In this document: positions 24,937 to 40,979 of the stretch, piece after piece
Layout: each line of letters opens with the position of its first letter
Numbering within the stretch: position 1 is the first letter of the stretch
Source of the DNA: Octopus vulgaris
Lineage: Eukaryota
Reading direction: 5' to 3'
Length of the DNA: 64,000 bases
Assembly: GCA_951406725.2 (NCBI GenBank)
Contig: OX597814.1
Span: 65,100,001-65,164,000 of the forward strand
The notes under the pieces: model-generated
The model's input: the letters and a program-made list of their open reading frames with translations, nothing else
The model's database searches: none
Told to the model about the DNA's origin: nothing
Made by a program: the position numbers and the translations under genes

Positions 24937-27282
24937 CATATATATGTATGGATGGATGGATGAATGGAATCATGTATGTATATATGTATGCATGCATGCA
25001 TCGGTGTATGTATGTATGAGTCTTCGTAAGGATTTATGTCCCTTCATTTGGAGGATTGAAGATGGCCACTAACCAAGTGGCAAAGTTCTTTCGTTTCAGT
25101 TAAGACAGCTATTGAGATTTGTGGTAATCTAAATAGGTTGATATATGCATCTATGCATGTTAATACTCATAGATAACATGTAATTGTACATATATTTGTG
25201 CTTCATACTTTTTACATCAGTCTAATGTTTTTGTATTCTTGTATTCCATATATATACGTGGATGTGTGCATGTTTCTCGCTCAAGAAATTTATAACGCTG
25301 GGGGTTTTACCTGGAACATTTTACATTATTTTCTTATGGAGTACATACACGGAGAATCTTTGGAAGGCTTTGTAAATTATTGACCGTACTACTCGTTGAT
25401 GTATTTGGAAAACACTTTAATTTCGTTTGTCCTTTTTTGGAGAACCACTGTGTTTCTCGTTCTTTTCTTTATGCAAATCCGTTGATATGTAGCTTAGCGA
25501 GCTTATGAAAATGAGCACGTAAGCAAGTTTCTTTTCACTTCTCCATTAATATTCTCCATGTATGCTTGCATGTATGTATGCATGTATGTATGTATGTATG
25601 TATGTATTCATGAATGAATACAAGTATTTATAATATGTACGTACATATAAATACTTTCGACAGTTGGTGTGTGAAATAGTGAAATTGGGCATAAAATTTA
25701 TGTCAGACAATGACTTTGATATTCTGGATAAAATTAGTCTCGACATAACGCCATCCTTCTGACGATGAACAACTGATATATAAAGATGTCTGATTGTCTT
25801 CGTCTGCTTGATGGACTCACGATAAGCCGAAGATTACAAAACTGTTAGGTGCGTCAATATTAGCGTGATATATCTGCAATTTTTCCACTGATATTTTTCT
25901 CTTAAAAGCTCTTATCAAAAAGGCCGCGTAAAAGATTATAGAAGTCCCTGTTATATGGTAATTGACCCTGTTAAAAAGAAAGTTTTGAGGAATATGTCAT
26001 ATATAATGAATATTCAGTCTAAGATTGAATTAAAATCATTCAGACATTCAGGAACCATGTTACAGCGTGTTATAGCGTTCAATGGTTATCATTAAATCAT
26101 TGGTTTGCTTTGAAAAGTATTACACCGAAAACACATATGTAGCCTTTAATTTCGCTAAATGCTTGTGATAAAGGTACATTCTTCTGATGTGTATTCATTT
26201 GTTTTGTTATTTTTATATTTGTATTATAAGAATAATAAACGTTATCCATTCTAAAATGTGTTAAGAACAGAGTACAACGAAATCTGAATAAGCCCCTGTC
26301 TTCTAATACATTCATACATACATACATACATACATACATACATACATACATACATACATACATACATACACACACATACATACATAAAAAATAGGGAAAT
26401 AAACTGTATCTCTAAAAGATTTACCTTCTGTGGGTTACTAAATGAGTGAGAGTATTTACCTTTTCAACTGATTCAGAAAACCTTTACATTTGTCAATATT
26501 TGTCTTTTCACAATAGTTTCCTTAATAACAACGTATCTCACTGAAATTGATTAATAATTAGATGTTTAGGCGCGGCTTCATTCGTTTTCCCCATGTATGA
26601 AAATCTTTTATATTTCTAGCCATTTACTCATTATCATTAGTGGCTAATTTTGCAAGGAAACTTTCAGTTTCCCTGAGATTTCGACGGAATTTTGCGCAGT
26701 TATTTTTCATTTCAGATAATTTAACCTTTACGGACAATGTTGAATAAAATACACTTTACGCCAGCTAAATATTCGCTGAAACAGAAAACAATAGTTGGGA
26801 ATGGTGAGCAAAACAACAATAACCGCTTTTTCTTTTTTTCTTTTTTAGATTGGACTCAGATACACGATGACATGGAATGATAGGAGACTACAAGTCATGA
26901 GAGTTAGGCAAGAAAGAGATTCAAAGTCGCCCCACACTCCAAAATGTAAGTTTCCTGAAATGAAAAATGACATCAGAATATACTGCAAAAAACACGCACA
27001 AATCACGACCGTTAAGTCGTTAAAAGCAACTTTTAGATAAACTATTTCTACTATTACGCGCAATTTTCGGATTCTATAATCTTAAGGAGCTAAAATGAAA
27101 TTTGACTAGTCATGGCGTCACAATTATTCCTACAAAATAAGAAAACCTGCTTGGAGAAAGGCAAGAATTAAAGACAAATTAGGAACAGGTTTAGTATGTA
27201 GTCATCGGAAGATATCGCGTTGAACAACAAAGAACATAGAGCCTCAATCTTAAGTGCCGAAATAATTTCTATAATAATAATG

Positions 27283-27361
<79 letters not shown>

Positions 27362-27439
27362 GAAGAAGAAGAAGAAGAAGAAGAAGAAATCCTTCTACTA
27401 TAGGTGCAAAATGTCAATCAACAACATCAACAACCGTGG

Positions 27440-28700
27440 AACCATTGTGGAGGTATGTGAAGATGTTCGGTATTATCAAATCATTATTGTTGTTTATGCT
27501 CTGTGGAGTTTTTCTTTTGTGCTATGTTTTTTGGTTTTTGGGACCTTTTGGTTTTCCTTCATCTTCACTACAGGAAGATGTGGGGTCTGTGTATGTTTAT
27601 AATCTTGTTTATGTGTGTAGTTTTGTTTGGTATGAGGGGTTGGGTGTGGTTTTCTTGTTTCTCTCTAGGGTGGTTAATGTTATAGGTGTTGTTTTGCCGG
27701 TGTTGGTGTTCTTTGTGGTCCTCGTCCCGGTGTAGGCAACCATGGAGGCCTTTGGCCACTTGCACTTTGTATCAGTCGAGGTAACGAGCTCACAAATGAG
27801 TCGTTTCTCCACACGCGAAACAATGTGGCCTTTTGCCCTCAGTCATGATGTGCATCACTGGAGACGTATGTGGTCCGGGATTTTTTAAATATTTTCTGAT
27901 CTGATCTGGAGAAGTATCTCTAAGTCAACTCCAGACCAGTCGTTCTTGGCAGTTCATGTCCTCTCTAATGGGACGGTATCCGTCCCCTCCACGATTACGC
28001 ATCCCAGAAGCCACCAAATATCAAGTCCTGGCGGGATCCTACGAATGTGGACTTCAGCTGTACGGTTCTCCATGTAGTAGGGGTAATGACTTTGCTGGTT
28101 TTGCAAGGGGACATTGAATGTTTTATAGCGAGGGATTCTGATTTAAACAGCACCGAAATTGTGCCGTATTGTTAGCCACTCGCTTTGTCCTCGATTTCAT
28201 CACTGATGCACCTCAACGCCGCCTCAATATCTACTTGGGCTAGTAAGGCCACTCTTTTTATCACAGCTGAGATGCATCTAAAAAGCACCGTTTTTCTCTC
28301 CACTGCTTGAAATGTGGGACAGTTAAATTGGTCCAAGTTTTTTCTTGTTTAATCAGTTTCCAAGTCTCGGTCAACATTTCATCTCTATTTATCAGTCACG
28401 GTAAAGCCTTGCTTCCTTTTCGGTCCTACTGCTGCGGCTGCGAACATGTTTTTGTTGTTGGAAATGTTCACGTTCTTGTCGATATTGTTGTTGTTGTTGC
28501 TGTTTTTTCTGCTGCTGCTGCTACTGCCGATGCTGTTGTCGTTGTTGCTGTCGGTGTTGTTGGTATTGTTTTTGTTGTTGCAGTTGTCACTTCTGCTATT
28601 GTTGTTGCTGTCGCTATCGCTACTACACCTTTATACTGACGCGTCAGTTTCGCCAGTTTTCGACGCCTCATCAGTTAAGCCAGCTCGGATTCGGATTGTG
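27440..28700 (-). pseudogene. Tx1/L1-like LINE 5' region (ORF1 with zinc knuckle remnant)
   Basis: Minus-strand PHCFACGETTHL (CX2CX4H) at ~27795-27830, ERKTVLF...YGTISVLFKSE, and low-complexity T/A/K-rich flanks. Confidence 0.5.
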
Positions 28701-28719
28701 TGTGTGTGAGTGTGTGTCA

Positions 28720-29035
28720 GAAGTTAGATCGTCGAGCTGACAATCATGAGGTAGTGAGTCTGAATCCCAGACTGGGCTGTGTGTTGTGTTCTTGATCAGG
28801 GCAATTTATTTCACGTTGTTCCTGTTCGCACAGCTGTAGAAATGAAGTGTAATGTCACTAGTGTCAAGCTATACCGGCCTTTGATTTGCGTTGGATATCA
28901 GTGGCGTGGAGAGGGAAGGCTGAAATGCATGGACGACGGCTGGTCTTGCATGCACAGTTTTGCCCGGAATTGTCCCTCGGAGGGAAACTTTCTAGTGCAA
29001 TTCCATGGTCATTTATGACCGAAGGCGGTCTTTAT
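28720..29035 (+). mobile_element. tRNA-derived SINE (third family), decayed
   Basis: tRNA-like head GTTAGATCGTCGAGCTGACAATCATGAGGTAGTGAGTCTGAATCCC, then TGTGTTGTGTTCTTGA..A.GGCA.TTTATTTCAC. Confidence 0.55.
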
Positions 29036-29065
29036 ACTTTATATATAATATATATATATATATAC

Positions 29066-29661
<596 letters not shown>

Positions 29662-30220
29662 TTTCAACTCAGGTTCCCTTAGATCCTTTAGATTCATCTA
29701 TATTTGCTTTTGTTTCTTGGGTCTTTTTCTATTCCATATCGTGCCATATGAGAATATTATGATAGCCAGACACCCCCGACAAATTGATAGAGTCGTTAGA
29801 GCAAAGAATAGTGTACTTTGCAGTATATGTAACTCACTGCACTTACTTGAAACCCTGAAGTATATCTCACTCTGAATTGAAATCTCACAGATTCAGACCT
29901 TACCTTTTATCCTTCCGGAATCATTTAAAAAATTATTAATTCCCAATGATGCCGTAAACCCTGAGGGAAAAAAAGGGAGTCGAAGCATCAAAGACAGTTC
30001 GAAGTTGTCAACAACATCATTCTGGCAAATCGTGCGACATATCTTTCACGATGTAATTGCTAAGCATCTTTAAGCTCATGGGGATTTTGTTATATGTATT
30101 ATATCATAAACATTTTCATTACGTGGATTCCTTCATAAGGATCTTAGTCTGATAAAGGTAATACATGTTTAAGTATTTGTAGTTTCTTGAAGTTTGGTTA
30201 TATATATACATAGAGAAATG

Positions 30221-30261
<41 letters not shown>

Positions 30262-31852
30262 TCATCATCATCATCATCCATATAAATATTTATATTCATA
30301 CAGTAAGTTGTGAAACAAATTTGTTCATTTTTTTCCATTTATTTTAATTCAGATTTTCATCAACCTACTTTAAAAAAATCTTTATATATACATACATGTT
30401 TATATACATTATTTATGTGTGCATATATAGTTGTGTTAATATGCCTATACATATATAGACATACGAATATGTGTGTTTGCATATATGAATATATGTATAT
30501 ACGCACATATGCTTACTATTATGTATACACGTATGTTTGTATAAGCGTGCACACTGACGATAAATTGTTATATACATTTTTCAGGTAAATCCTATCAAGG
30601 AAAAAAATAAAACAAAAGATGGAAGAAAGTTTGAAACTACTCTTTAAACAAACAGAAGCAATATCAACAACTACAACTACACCAAATGTACGCAATAGTT
30701 CCGAGTATTTGTTTTTGTATTTTCTTTATTCATATTCTTCCCATTTGTTTTTTACGTTTTGCATTTAATTCATTCGTCAGATGTTGAGCGAGTGTACTTA
30801 GACGTGAGAAAGAATAATATTGAAGGGTCAAAGAAAAAATAGGGGTTTTGCAGCGGTTGTCTTTCTTAATAAAATAAATGTGATATCCTTCCATAAATAG
30901 TTATCAGTGAGTGCGCAGCGTGAGAAATGTGTGTGTTAGGGAGATTTCCCTTTACTTCTCCGTCCGTATAAACAAAATACAGTCTAGGTGGCTTGCTTGT
31001 GTGAAAATCATGAGTTTCTTCTGATGACATTTTGTAACGATTTAGTGGTAGACGAGAGCGTTTATCGTTGCGTGCAACTATTAATATGTACGTAGGTATT
31101 GTTTTGTATGTACATGAGTGCGTATGCGTTCATGTGTTACGTATGTGTGTGTATATGTGTGTGTATGTGTGTGTATGTGTTTGTGTGTGTGTGTATGTAT
31201 GTGTTCTGGGAGTGTATTATTGTACTCTTATTCCAGAAATGTATTTAAGCTGAAGATCCTGGAATGCTTACAATTTTAGCATCCAATTCTGTGTGGTTTT
31301 CTATCTCAAGGTTTATAAGTAAAAACGATAGAGTGGGTGAAAGTAACGGAAAAAAAACAATTGAAAGAGAGAGCGATAGAGAGAGAGAGAGAGAGAGTGT
31401 GTGTGTGTGTGTGCATTTGTATGTGTGCGCGCATGTGTATATTTTTATATTTTGTGTGAGCATGTGTATATTTTTATATTTTGCATACAAAAGAGAAAAA
31501 TAGTAGAAGTGTAAATGTTATGGCTGTGTGAGTTTATGTCTTTCACATTTGTATGTGAGTGCCAAACGGGCATATATGTATGTGTGCGTACTTGTGTGCA
31601 GTGGTGCGTGTGTTCGTGTGTTTGTGTGTTGTTGTGTTCGCATATCTATGTGTGTACGTTTATTCGTATGAATGCAGTAAATATGTAAAAAAAGTTGAAA
31701 ACTGGAATAAAACGGTTGACTGAGAGGAAGTGTTTTACTAAATTATTCTCCTTTTCAATAATTCCTTTTCTCAGCCTCTTTAATGTTTTCTCTCATCCTT
31801 TCTCTTACTCCGTCTTTCTTTCTATCTCTTAATGAAACTATTCCATAATATC

Positions 31853-31953
<101 letters not shown>

Positions 31954-32013
31954 TTATCTATCTGTCTAATATGTCTGACTGTCTACCTGCCTGCCTGTCT
32001 CTATGTCTGTCTC

Positions 32014-32173
<160 letters not shown>

Positions 32174-32599
32174 GAGAGAGAGAATAGAGAGAAAGAGTTA
32201 CAAATGTCTAAAACAAAATCTGGAGACGCTAAGATTTTCAGGCAAAGCTAGAGACTGGCTTACATGAAATTTTCAGACAATCTTTAAGCAGATCAGCAAA
32301 AATATGCAAGACACTCTTGAATTTCAATATATAAAAATTATAATTGTTACAGTCCAACATTCGTTTCTCTGTCCCTCATTCGAGGAAGAATACCAATAAA
32401 ATAAAAAAAGATATGCATAGCTACATACATACATGCATGTATACATCAGCAGACCAGCCATAACTGATAAGTAGGTGTAGAAACGTCAGAAAGAAGAGCT
32501 AGCTTGTCCGTTGGTGGGCATAAGTGGGTGTATGTATATTACTCGAGCGGTCTATCTTCGGTTGTTATATCGACTTTCAATAATGTAATAGTTGATACG

Positions 32600-33330
32600 T
32601 GAAGCATTTGTGTCAATCTGTTGGTAAATACAAGATCGGTGAGACAGCATTAAAGTAATTTTCGAGATTGAAGGTCGTGAATGTTTGTTGTGAAAACTTT
32701 GGGGTTGGTAAGTGTGTAAAATAAAGAATGATATTATCTACGATGACCGTCGATGACTGTACCGGAAACCATGTCATTAATATAATGAGGAGCAAAGAAG
32801 GCTCCTCCAGTATACGCCATGATGGTGCTATGAAATGTAACTGGTTATTATCGATGCAAGAAAGAATAAATGAACGGATCCCACAGGCGGAGAGTTTGAT
32901 AGGAGATAATTCTGCTTGACGCAATGTGTATCTCTTTCCGTAAATCTTTAGAAGGCGTGCTCTTGCTGCAGAGTTAGTCTCCAGTAAGTTTATCTTTAAG
33001 AAAGCCGAATTAGCGGGCACAAAAGAGGGAAAGACGTACCAGCTATTGGAGAATGTTGTTAAAGCCTGATTCCGCCACATTTAAGGTGGTGATGAGCGTA
33101 CGATAGGTTGATATTTTACAGAGACCCTGCAGCTTGGTATGAGTGTAGGAGTCAAAAATGGTTGTAAGCCATGAAATTTCTGTCGCCGACTCCTTCGGAG
33201 AGGAGTGAAGTGAGGCTCTTCGTTGCAGAGGAGACATGGCCGGAATATTTTGGTGGTTGGAAGCAGTAGGAAAGAGGTGGAAGGGGGATTGACTTTGGAG
33301 TATTGGAGGAAGGGAAACATTTTAACCTGG
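32600..33330 (-). pseudogene. Decayed CR1/L2-like reverse transcriptase fragment
   Basis: Remnants resembling YRPIAL, KLSACGIRSFILS (KL..YGI....L.W) and GS.LGP.LFLI.INDM across shifting frames. Confidence 0.5.
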
Positions 33331-34103
33331 CTGTAAGTCTTTGTTGTTGGTACACTGCTTTACATTTGGAGTTCATCTTTTCCCCATTTGTGCCACAGAC
33401 GCATGCTCTCATACATACCGCACTCATACAGAGAGATGCGTGCGCGCACACACACACATACATACGGTTAAAATACACCGTTCGTGAACACCAGTGACGG
33501 AAGAGTTTTCCTCGCAACTTTTAACTTCAGGAATATGTGTGGCCGACAAGCAGCTTATTTTTGTGCAGAGTAGTTATTCTATGTAGTATCGTATAGCATA
33601 CGCTACTGGGAAATATTAGAAACAAGTATTGGTTTAGCATATTTTATACTAACTTGAATGAAAACAAAAATATTATCATTAATTAAGGAAATTTACGTTA
33701 AGTATATATATGTATGTATATATGCATAAGAAAGCCTGTATATAAACAGAGCCTATCAGGCATCTAACTGATAATAAAACATACCCACTGTTTAACTTAA
33801 ATATTAATTACATTCATGCATTTCATGCATAATTTATTTTATTCTTATCTGAACATGTCATTTTTGTAATAGCAGTTTTACTGAATGGATGATATGCTTT
33901 AATATAGGCATATTGATCTGACTTAGATCAGCCTTCATCCATCACAACTGTGATCAAAATTGTTTCCTCATGAGCATCCGATATCGAAATACGAAGCTTA
34001 AGAGAAGAGAAACACTTTTAAAGACCGTCAATTTTTTTTCATTGTACTAACAGCCTTGTACAAGTATATGTATGTAGTATGTATGCCTATATGTATGCAT
34101 ATA

Positions 34104-35394
34104 CGAGGGGCGTTCAATAATTAATGCTCCTGACCCACTTCCCATACCAGTTGAGCAACGGAACTTGGCACAGTTATTGGTCTTTTTCTACATAGGAACC
34201 ACCCAGAGTTACGCATTTCTCCCATCGTTTGATCCAGCTCTGGAGACCGTTTTTGTAAAAGACCCCAGCTTGGTCCTCCATCCACGACGTGACTTTAGAA
34301 ATCAAGGCTGCATCATCTGGGAAATGCTTTCCTTTCAAAAACAACTTCATGGCTGGGAAGAGGTGAAAATCAGAGGGTGCAAGGTCAGGAGAGTAGGGGG
34401 TGGGGGAGGAGTTCATAGCCGCACGCCTGTGCTTCTGATCTGGCGACACGCGAGTTGTGGACCGGAGCGTTGTCCTGCAGGAGGAGGATGCCTTCGCTGA
34501 TCTTGCCCCGCCTCTTGATTTTGATAGCTTCTCTTAATTTCCTCAAAAGTGAAGCATAATAGGCTCCTGTAATTGTGGTACCCTTTGCCAGGAAATCTGT
34601 CATCACTACTCCGTCCTGGTCCCAGAAGACTGTGAGCATGACCTTGCCAGCAGAGGGCTGCACCCTTGCCTTCTTTGGAGGAGGCGAGTCACGGTGCTTC
34701 CACTGCATTGACTGGGCTTTGGTCTCTGGATCATAGTGATGGACCCAGGTTTCATCCTGTGTAATCAGTCTTTTGAAAAAGTTTGACTCATTTTCTTGGT
34801 ACGTCTCCAAATTCATCCTCGAGCACTCGACGCGTTCTTGCTTCTGGAAAGGTGTGAGCAACCTGGGAATCCATCTGGCAGACACCTTTTGCATATGCAA
34901 ATGGTTATGAATGATAGTTTCCACTGACCCGGTACTAGTCTTGACCTCATGGGCTATTTGGCGAATAGTTATGCGTCGATCTTCCAAAATGGCAGCCTCA
35001 ACTTGACGGACAGATGCCTCATCAATGGCAGAAGGGGGTCGACCAGATCTGGGAGTTGTTTCCACAGAGTTCCGACCATGTTTGAATTCACGATGCCAGC
35101 ATTTTACAAGGTCATATGATGGGGCATCATCGCCATAAGTTACTTTTATTTCATCAAAAGTCTCCCATGGTGTGCGTCCTTTCAAATACAAAAACCGGAT
35201 CACTGCACGACACTCAACAGGCTCCATTTCACACTTGACTCAGTTCAAACACATGTACATCAGAAACCATAATTAGTTCAGAGCTGTAATTTGCCACCTA
35301 ATCTATAGAGATATAAGTAATTGCACATGCAAAATTTCAACTAGATCATATACCTGAAAGTGGGTCAGAGGCATTACTTATTGAACGTCCCTCG
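34104..35394 (-). mobile_element. Full-length mariner transposon (irritans/Himar1-like), 1291 bp
   Basis: TIRs CGAGGGGCGTTCAATAATTAATGC..CTGACCCACTT and AAGTGGGTCAGAGGCATTACTTATTGAACGTCCCTCG; TA on both sides (34102-34103, 35395-35396). Confidence 0.95.
34174..35227 (-). pseudogene. Mariner transposase, DD34D, single frameshift near 34400
   Basis: MEPVECRAVIRFL, RSGRP, WIPRLL, TQDETW, LQDNAPVH, then YSPDLAPSDFHLF in the next frame (ORFs 34385-35227 and 34174-34449). Confidence 0.92.
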
Positions 35395-35473
35395 TATGTA
35401 CGATGTATGTATACACATGACAACATAGAAACAGACAGACACACGTACATATATGTACATATAAGTATGTATG

Positions 35474-35517
<44 letters not shown>

Positions 35518-35687
35518 CCAGTGTAATCCGTGAAATTAGTGTCAGTAGATCCAGTGGTAATCCAAGTGGAGTGCTGGTATGTAGATGAAGAGAGGTGCTG
35601 AAAGTTCGGTAAGTAGTTAAGAAATACAAGTCCAAAGAGTAGGAAGTTCACGCAGGAGCAAACTGGTATAACCACGTGAGCGTTTAA

Positions 35688-36165
<478 letters not shown>

Positions 36166-36176
36166 TGTATATACAA

Positions 36177-36215
<39 letters not shown>

Positions 36216-36249
36216 TACATATATACATACATACATACATACATACATA

Positions 36250-36317
<68 letters not shown>

Positions 36318-37354
36318 CACTATTTAACTTAAATATTAATTACATTCAAGCATTTCATGCATAAATGTATATATATATATATGGCGAACCATATGCAGAA
36401 GAATATTTGAGCGTGTGCCTGTGTGTTAGTACTGGAGGATGACAGCTATCACCCATAAAATTTGAAGTCCAACAAAAAAGTTGAGATCGATTAAAGTTCA
36501 TGTACAAATACTCCGTTCGTAGTTCTATAGTTTGATACTTCCATGAGAAAATTGGAGAATGAATGAATGACGGACAGTTGTTGCGGAGGAATGATCTAGA
36601 AACACGATTAGGTAGAAGCCTGATTGAGACATAGTAGAAATGATGAGAGAAAGAGAAGGTGGGAGTATCCTGTGTGTGTAAGCGTGGTGGTAGTAAGCAG
36701 TTTCTAGTTCAGTGTAGCATTTGTTAAAACTTCATCAAGATGCTTAAAAACACTTAATCTCACAATCTGTAAAAGACTGAAACGTAAACATGAACATTTA
36801 TGTTATGTATTTGTCTTTAAGCATTCACTTTCGAGTATCTACTTGATGAGCAAATGATCAACGAATTTCAAAAAGACACTCTGCTCTTTGGCTCAAGTAA
36901 TCTTCTCGTTCTAGCTACTTGATGGAAGAATAGCCTCGATGTAATATTCTTAATCGAATTCAAAAGTCACCACAAACAACTTAACTTTTAATCATCATGA
37001 AATGGAAAGACATTAAATAAAAGCAGACTTTTACAAATTCATATGATCTTTTCTTCAAATGTAAAAGTCCAGTGTAAATGACACGATAGGCTAACTGAAA
37101 TATAATTGATGTTTGAAATATTTAAGACATTAGGAATTGAGATGAAACGAAGGTTATGGACAAGTAGTAAGAACTGATGATGTAAGAACGTTAGATATTT
37201 TTGTTTATTGTTACTGTAAATGGCGTGGAAAATATACTTTGGCATATAAATATAGAACAGAAGACCAATTAACTGAATATGCACTTAGTATTCTTTCTTA
37301 CTACTTGTGTTAACTGTTGTCATTGTTGCTGCTAATATTATTGTTGCTGTTGTT

Positions 37355-37610
37355 GTAAAGGCGCTGAGGTGACAGAATCGTTAGAACACTTAGTGGCATT
37401 TCCTCTGAGTTCAAATTCCTGGACTTGTGCTAAAATCTGAAACCAATACTTTTGTTGTTGCTGTTAAGGCGGCGAGCCGGTTGAATCGTTATCCCGCCGG
37501 ACAAAGTGCTTTGCGGCATTTCGTCCGTCATTACGTTCTGAGTTCAAATTCCGCAGAGGTAAATTTTGCCTTTTATTCAATCGGACTCTACAAAATAAGT
37601 ACCTGCAACT
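37355..37610 (+). mobile_element. SINE family B (two partial heads)
   Basis: AAGGCG...GAATCGTT...GGCATTTC...CTGAGTTCAAATTCC occurs twice. Confidence 0.7.
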
Positions 37611-39557
37611 TATTCTGGATTTATATTTGGAACGTAAACTTATGGAGCGAAAATACAAGGTATTTCGATTGCAGCTTCACTCATTCTACTAACTACCACA
37701 TTGAAACAAGTGATAATGCCAAGGGAACAATTACACATCTGGAAGGAATGAGTATTTTCGATTATATGGTAGCAGTCTTAGACTGGTAAATAATCGATAA
37801 GCTTTGAAAAGATAAAAGTCATATTATCTCCTAGTGGTATGCGAACGTAGGAAATAAACACAGTAGGACGTTGTCCACCGCGCTGCCGATTTTTGTCAAC
37901 CACCATCCTAGTAATATATATTTTTCTCTGTTCCAGAGTTTTACACACTTTATTCAAAATTCACTTGCTTTATTGATGTGACCAAGATATTTTCTCATCG
38001 ACATATTTCTTTGTCTCATATCGGAGTTCTATAAGCGTTCGTCGGGACACAGGTGATACATTTCCCGCTACTTGTTGGTTGGTCATAGTTTGCTACCTTC
38101 CCGCCAAACGGATATCAGAAAGTATCTTGTCTGGTGTTTATCAGTTCTAATAGCCTGCACGTCTAAGTTGGTATTTGATTTATCGTTATTGAAAAAAGAG
38201 GCAAGGTTGATCACAACAGAATTCGAATGCAGAGCGTAGAGAATTTGATCTTATACCACAGGTTGGTCTTTCCAATACTTTAATGTCCCTGCTATTTCAC
38301 AACTACTGCTCACATAATAAAATTCGCAATTATTTTTTACCTTACGAACAAAAGAAAATAGGTAGAAAATTATAGTCGACTTGACCAGCCTAAGAACTTA
38401 AAGTTACGATCTCATTTAAATGAAAGTTAAAGTGTATTTAAAGAGGCGTAACTAAATATGTCGACAGAAGGCAATATATGAGATAAATACTTCAATAAAG
38501 TGTATTTGACAGGCAGAAATTAATATTTAATTAGATTATGCGAGCTAATGAAATCAATATAGCTAAAGAATGCATTAAGGCAAAAATATGATTCAGAAAA
38601 TAAAATTGCTAGACTTTGTTTATTGGGATATTCCCTACCTTACACAACCGTTATGAAAGTTATGAAGTGGGACGATTATTACATATTAAAAACAGTTTAA
38701 GAACATACTGAGAAACGTCTAAATTTGTAATATTGATACAATACATAGTATTCCCCTCTCAGAAACCTGGGATATTTATGTAGTATTTCTACAACTCTAA
38801 AGTCAAGTAGAAATATCTACATCTAAATGTCTTCGTTTATGAGCAAAACCAGTAATTATCACAACTGGTTTGCTGTGAAGATACATAGCATATAAAGAGT
38901 CCGGTATGGCAGCTCTATGAAATTAATGGCTGTCAGCATAACATCTTGGGAAAGTAATATGTTTGTGTTTTATTAGAATGTCTCAAAATAGAGCGGATAA
39001 TGATGATATTCGCTTACTTGGTTTTTGGATCTCACACGAATGCATAAGTTTTCTCCTCACATTTTTTTTTTCACATTTCATCACTATGTTTTCTAGTTTT
39101 CGACTTTGGAACTGGTAACGTCTTTCCTCACCGCCATTCTTTTAGTGCAGTTGAAGTTTACGTCGTGTTATTGTATTCCTCATTCCATATGGTAAATAAC
39201 TTGTTTTACGAATTTCGAACAAGATCAGCGAATATCAAATATGCTCTCGTATCACATTTTGACAAGGGCGAAGATAATATTTTTGAAAGGCAGAATAGGA
39301 AACCTAAAAATGAATAACTAGCATGGATTTAGTAAGTAAAACAAAAAATAGATATCTTCGTTTCGGAATCTAAAGATTATTTTTAGTAAACATATTACTG
39401 ATGTCATATATACTCATATGAAATGCGAATTCAGTCGAAAATAAAACATTGCCATACGCACACACACACACATACACATACATATATATATATATATGTG
39501 TGTGTATGTATGCGTGTGTGCGAGTATGTGAGTGTGTGTATATAAAGATACATATAT

Positions 39558-39648
<91 letters not shown>

Positions 39649-39679
39649 CATATATATATGTATGCGTATATATATATAT

Positions 39680-39845
39680 ATTTTCTCTTTATTTTCTCTT
39701 TTCATTTTCTCTCTTTGTTTCACTGTGCGTTCCTTTCTGTGGAAGAGCGGAGGCTCGAAACGTTATGGACTTTTCACTTCCCGAGCGTTAAAGTAATACA
39801 TCAAAAGAAGTCATTTGTTTTTTGTGAATTCTCCCCTATACATAT
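39680..39845 (+). mobile_element. Short Penelope-like element with hammerhead-like core
   Basis: CCTTT-CTGTGGA-A-GAGCGGAGGCTC-GAAACGTT at 39732-39764; CGAGCGTTAAAGTAATAC; ends in TA repeats. Confidence 0.6.
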
Positions 39846-40497
39846 ATATATATCTGGGTTTCTCTTACGCCTGTCACCGCGGGAGCACTTTTCCATCTTT
39901 CCCTCAGTTGCAGTTTGTTTCCATGCATGCTTATATATACACACACATATAATACCCCCACCCTTTGTACACACACGCACACACATACATACACTCACTC
40001 CCACGCACTCACACACACACATTTGCATATATATATACAATACACTTACACACACTTCAAATTTACTTGCCATACATACAACTACGCACACTGGACACAC
40101 ACACACTACAACTCAACACACACACGGCACGTACATACGCCCCCACACATTCCCTCCTTCCTCCGTTTACCACTGACCACTGACCTGGCGACTGCTATGT
40201 CGACTACCTTTCGCCCTACGTACACACACTTACACACAGACGCACGCACTAACATATACATATTTTTTTATCTCGCCTTACACACACATACACACACGCA
40301 CACGTACACACTCACACATACACATTATTCTTCCCATTCATCGAGTTGTTACCAACCTTCCTTTTTCCGCTCTTCTGTCTTTAAAAACCAGCCTCTGTTG
40401 TCCAAAACTTCCGGCCTTTCAGCATGTGTACTTCGTAAAAACCAGTCGCGTTTTTTTTCCCTCCGTTCGCCCACCTCGGGATCTTTCTTTCTCTTAT

Positions 40498-40532
40498 GTT
40501 TCCGACGAAGAGCTCCGCTCGAAACGTCATAC
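40498..40532 (+). ncRNA. Minimal hammerhead-like motif in a Penelope-like terminal repeat ending at (TA)n 40632
   Basis: GTTT-CCGACGA-A-GAGC(TCC)GCTC-GAAACGTC-ATAC; U4 to C variant of the core. Confidence 0.55.
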
Positions 40533-40626
40533 CCTCCTTCTTCCCTTTTCCTGAGCGCCTAATAATAATACTTTAATTGTTCCACCTCCTTGTGTTGTAG
40601 TTTTTTCTGTTTTCCCGTTTGGATTA

Positions 40627-40676
<50 letters not shown>

Positions 40677-40933
40677 TTCATACATGCATACAGGCATACA
40701 CACATACAAGTATAAACAAGCACAGTCATGAGTGTATGTAAGGTAAATATAAAAATTAGTATGCGTATGAATTTTATTGAACCTAAAGTATTAATTTTCC
40801 TGTATTTAGTAACTTTATTTAGTATGTGGTGATTATTCAGGTACTTAGTATGTGTATATATATATATATATATATAAATGTGCGTCTGTGTTTATGTATC
40901 TATGCACGTATGTATGCATGTATGTACGTATAC

Positions 40934-40979
<46 letters not shown>

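Noticed and set aside
39532-40562. Two ORFs over 200 aa
   Set aside because: Made of CA-rich simple sequence and a Penelope-like terminal region; no domain signal.
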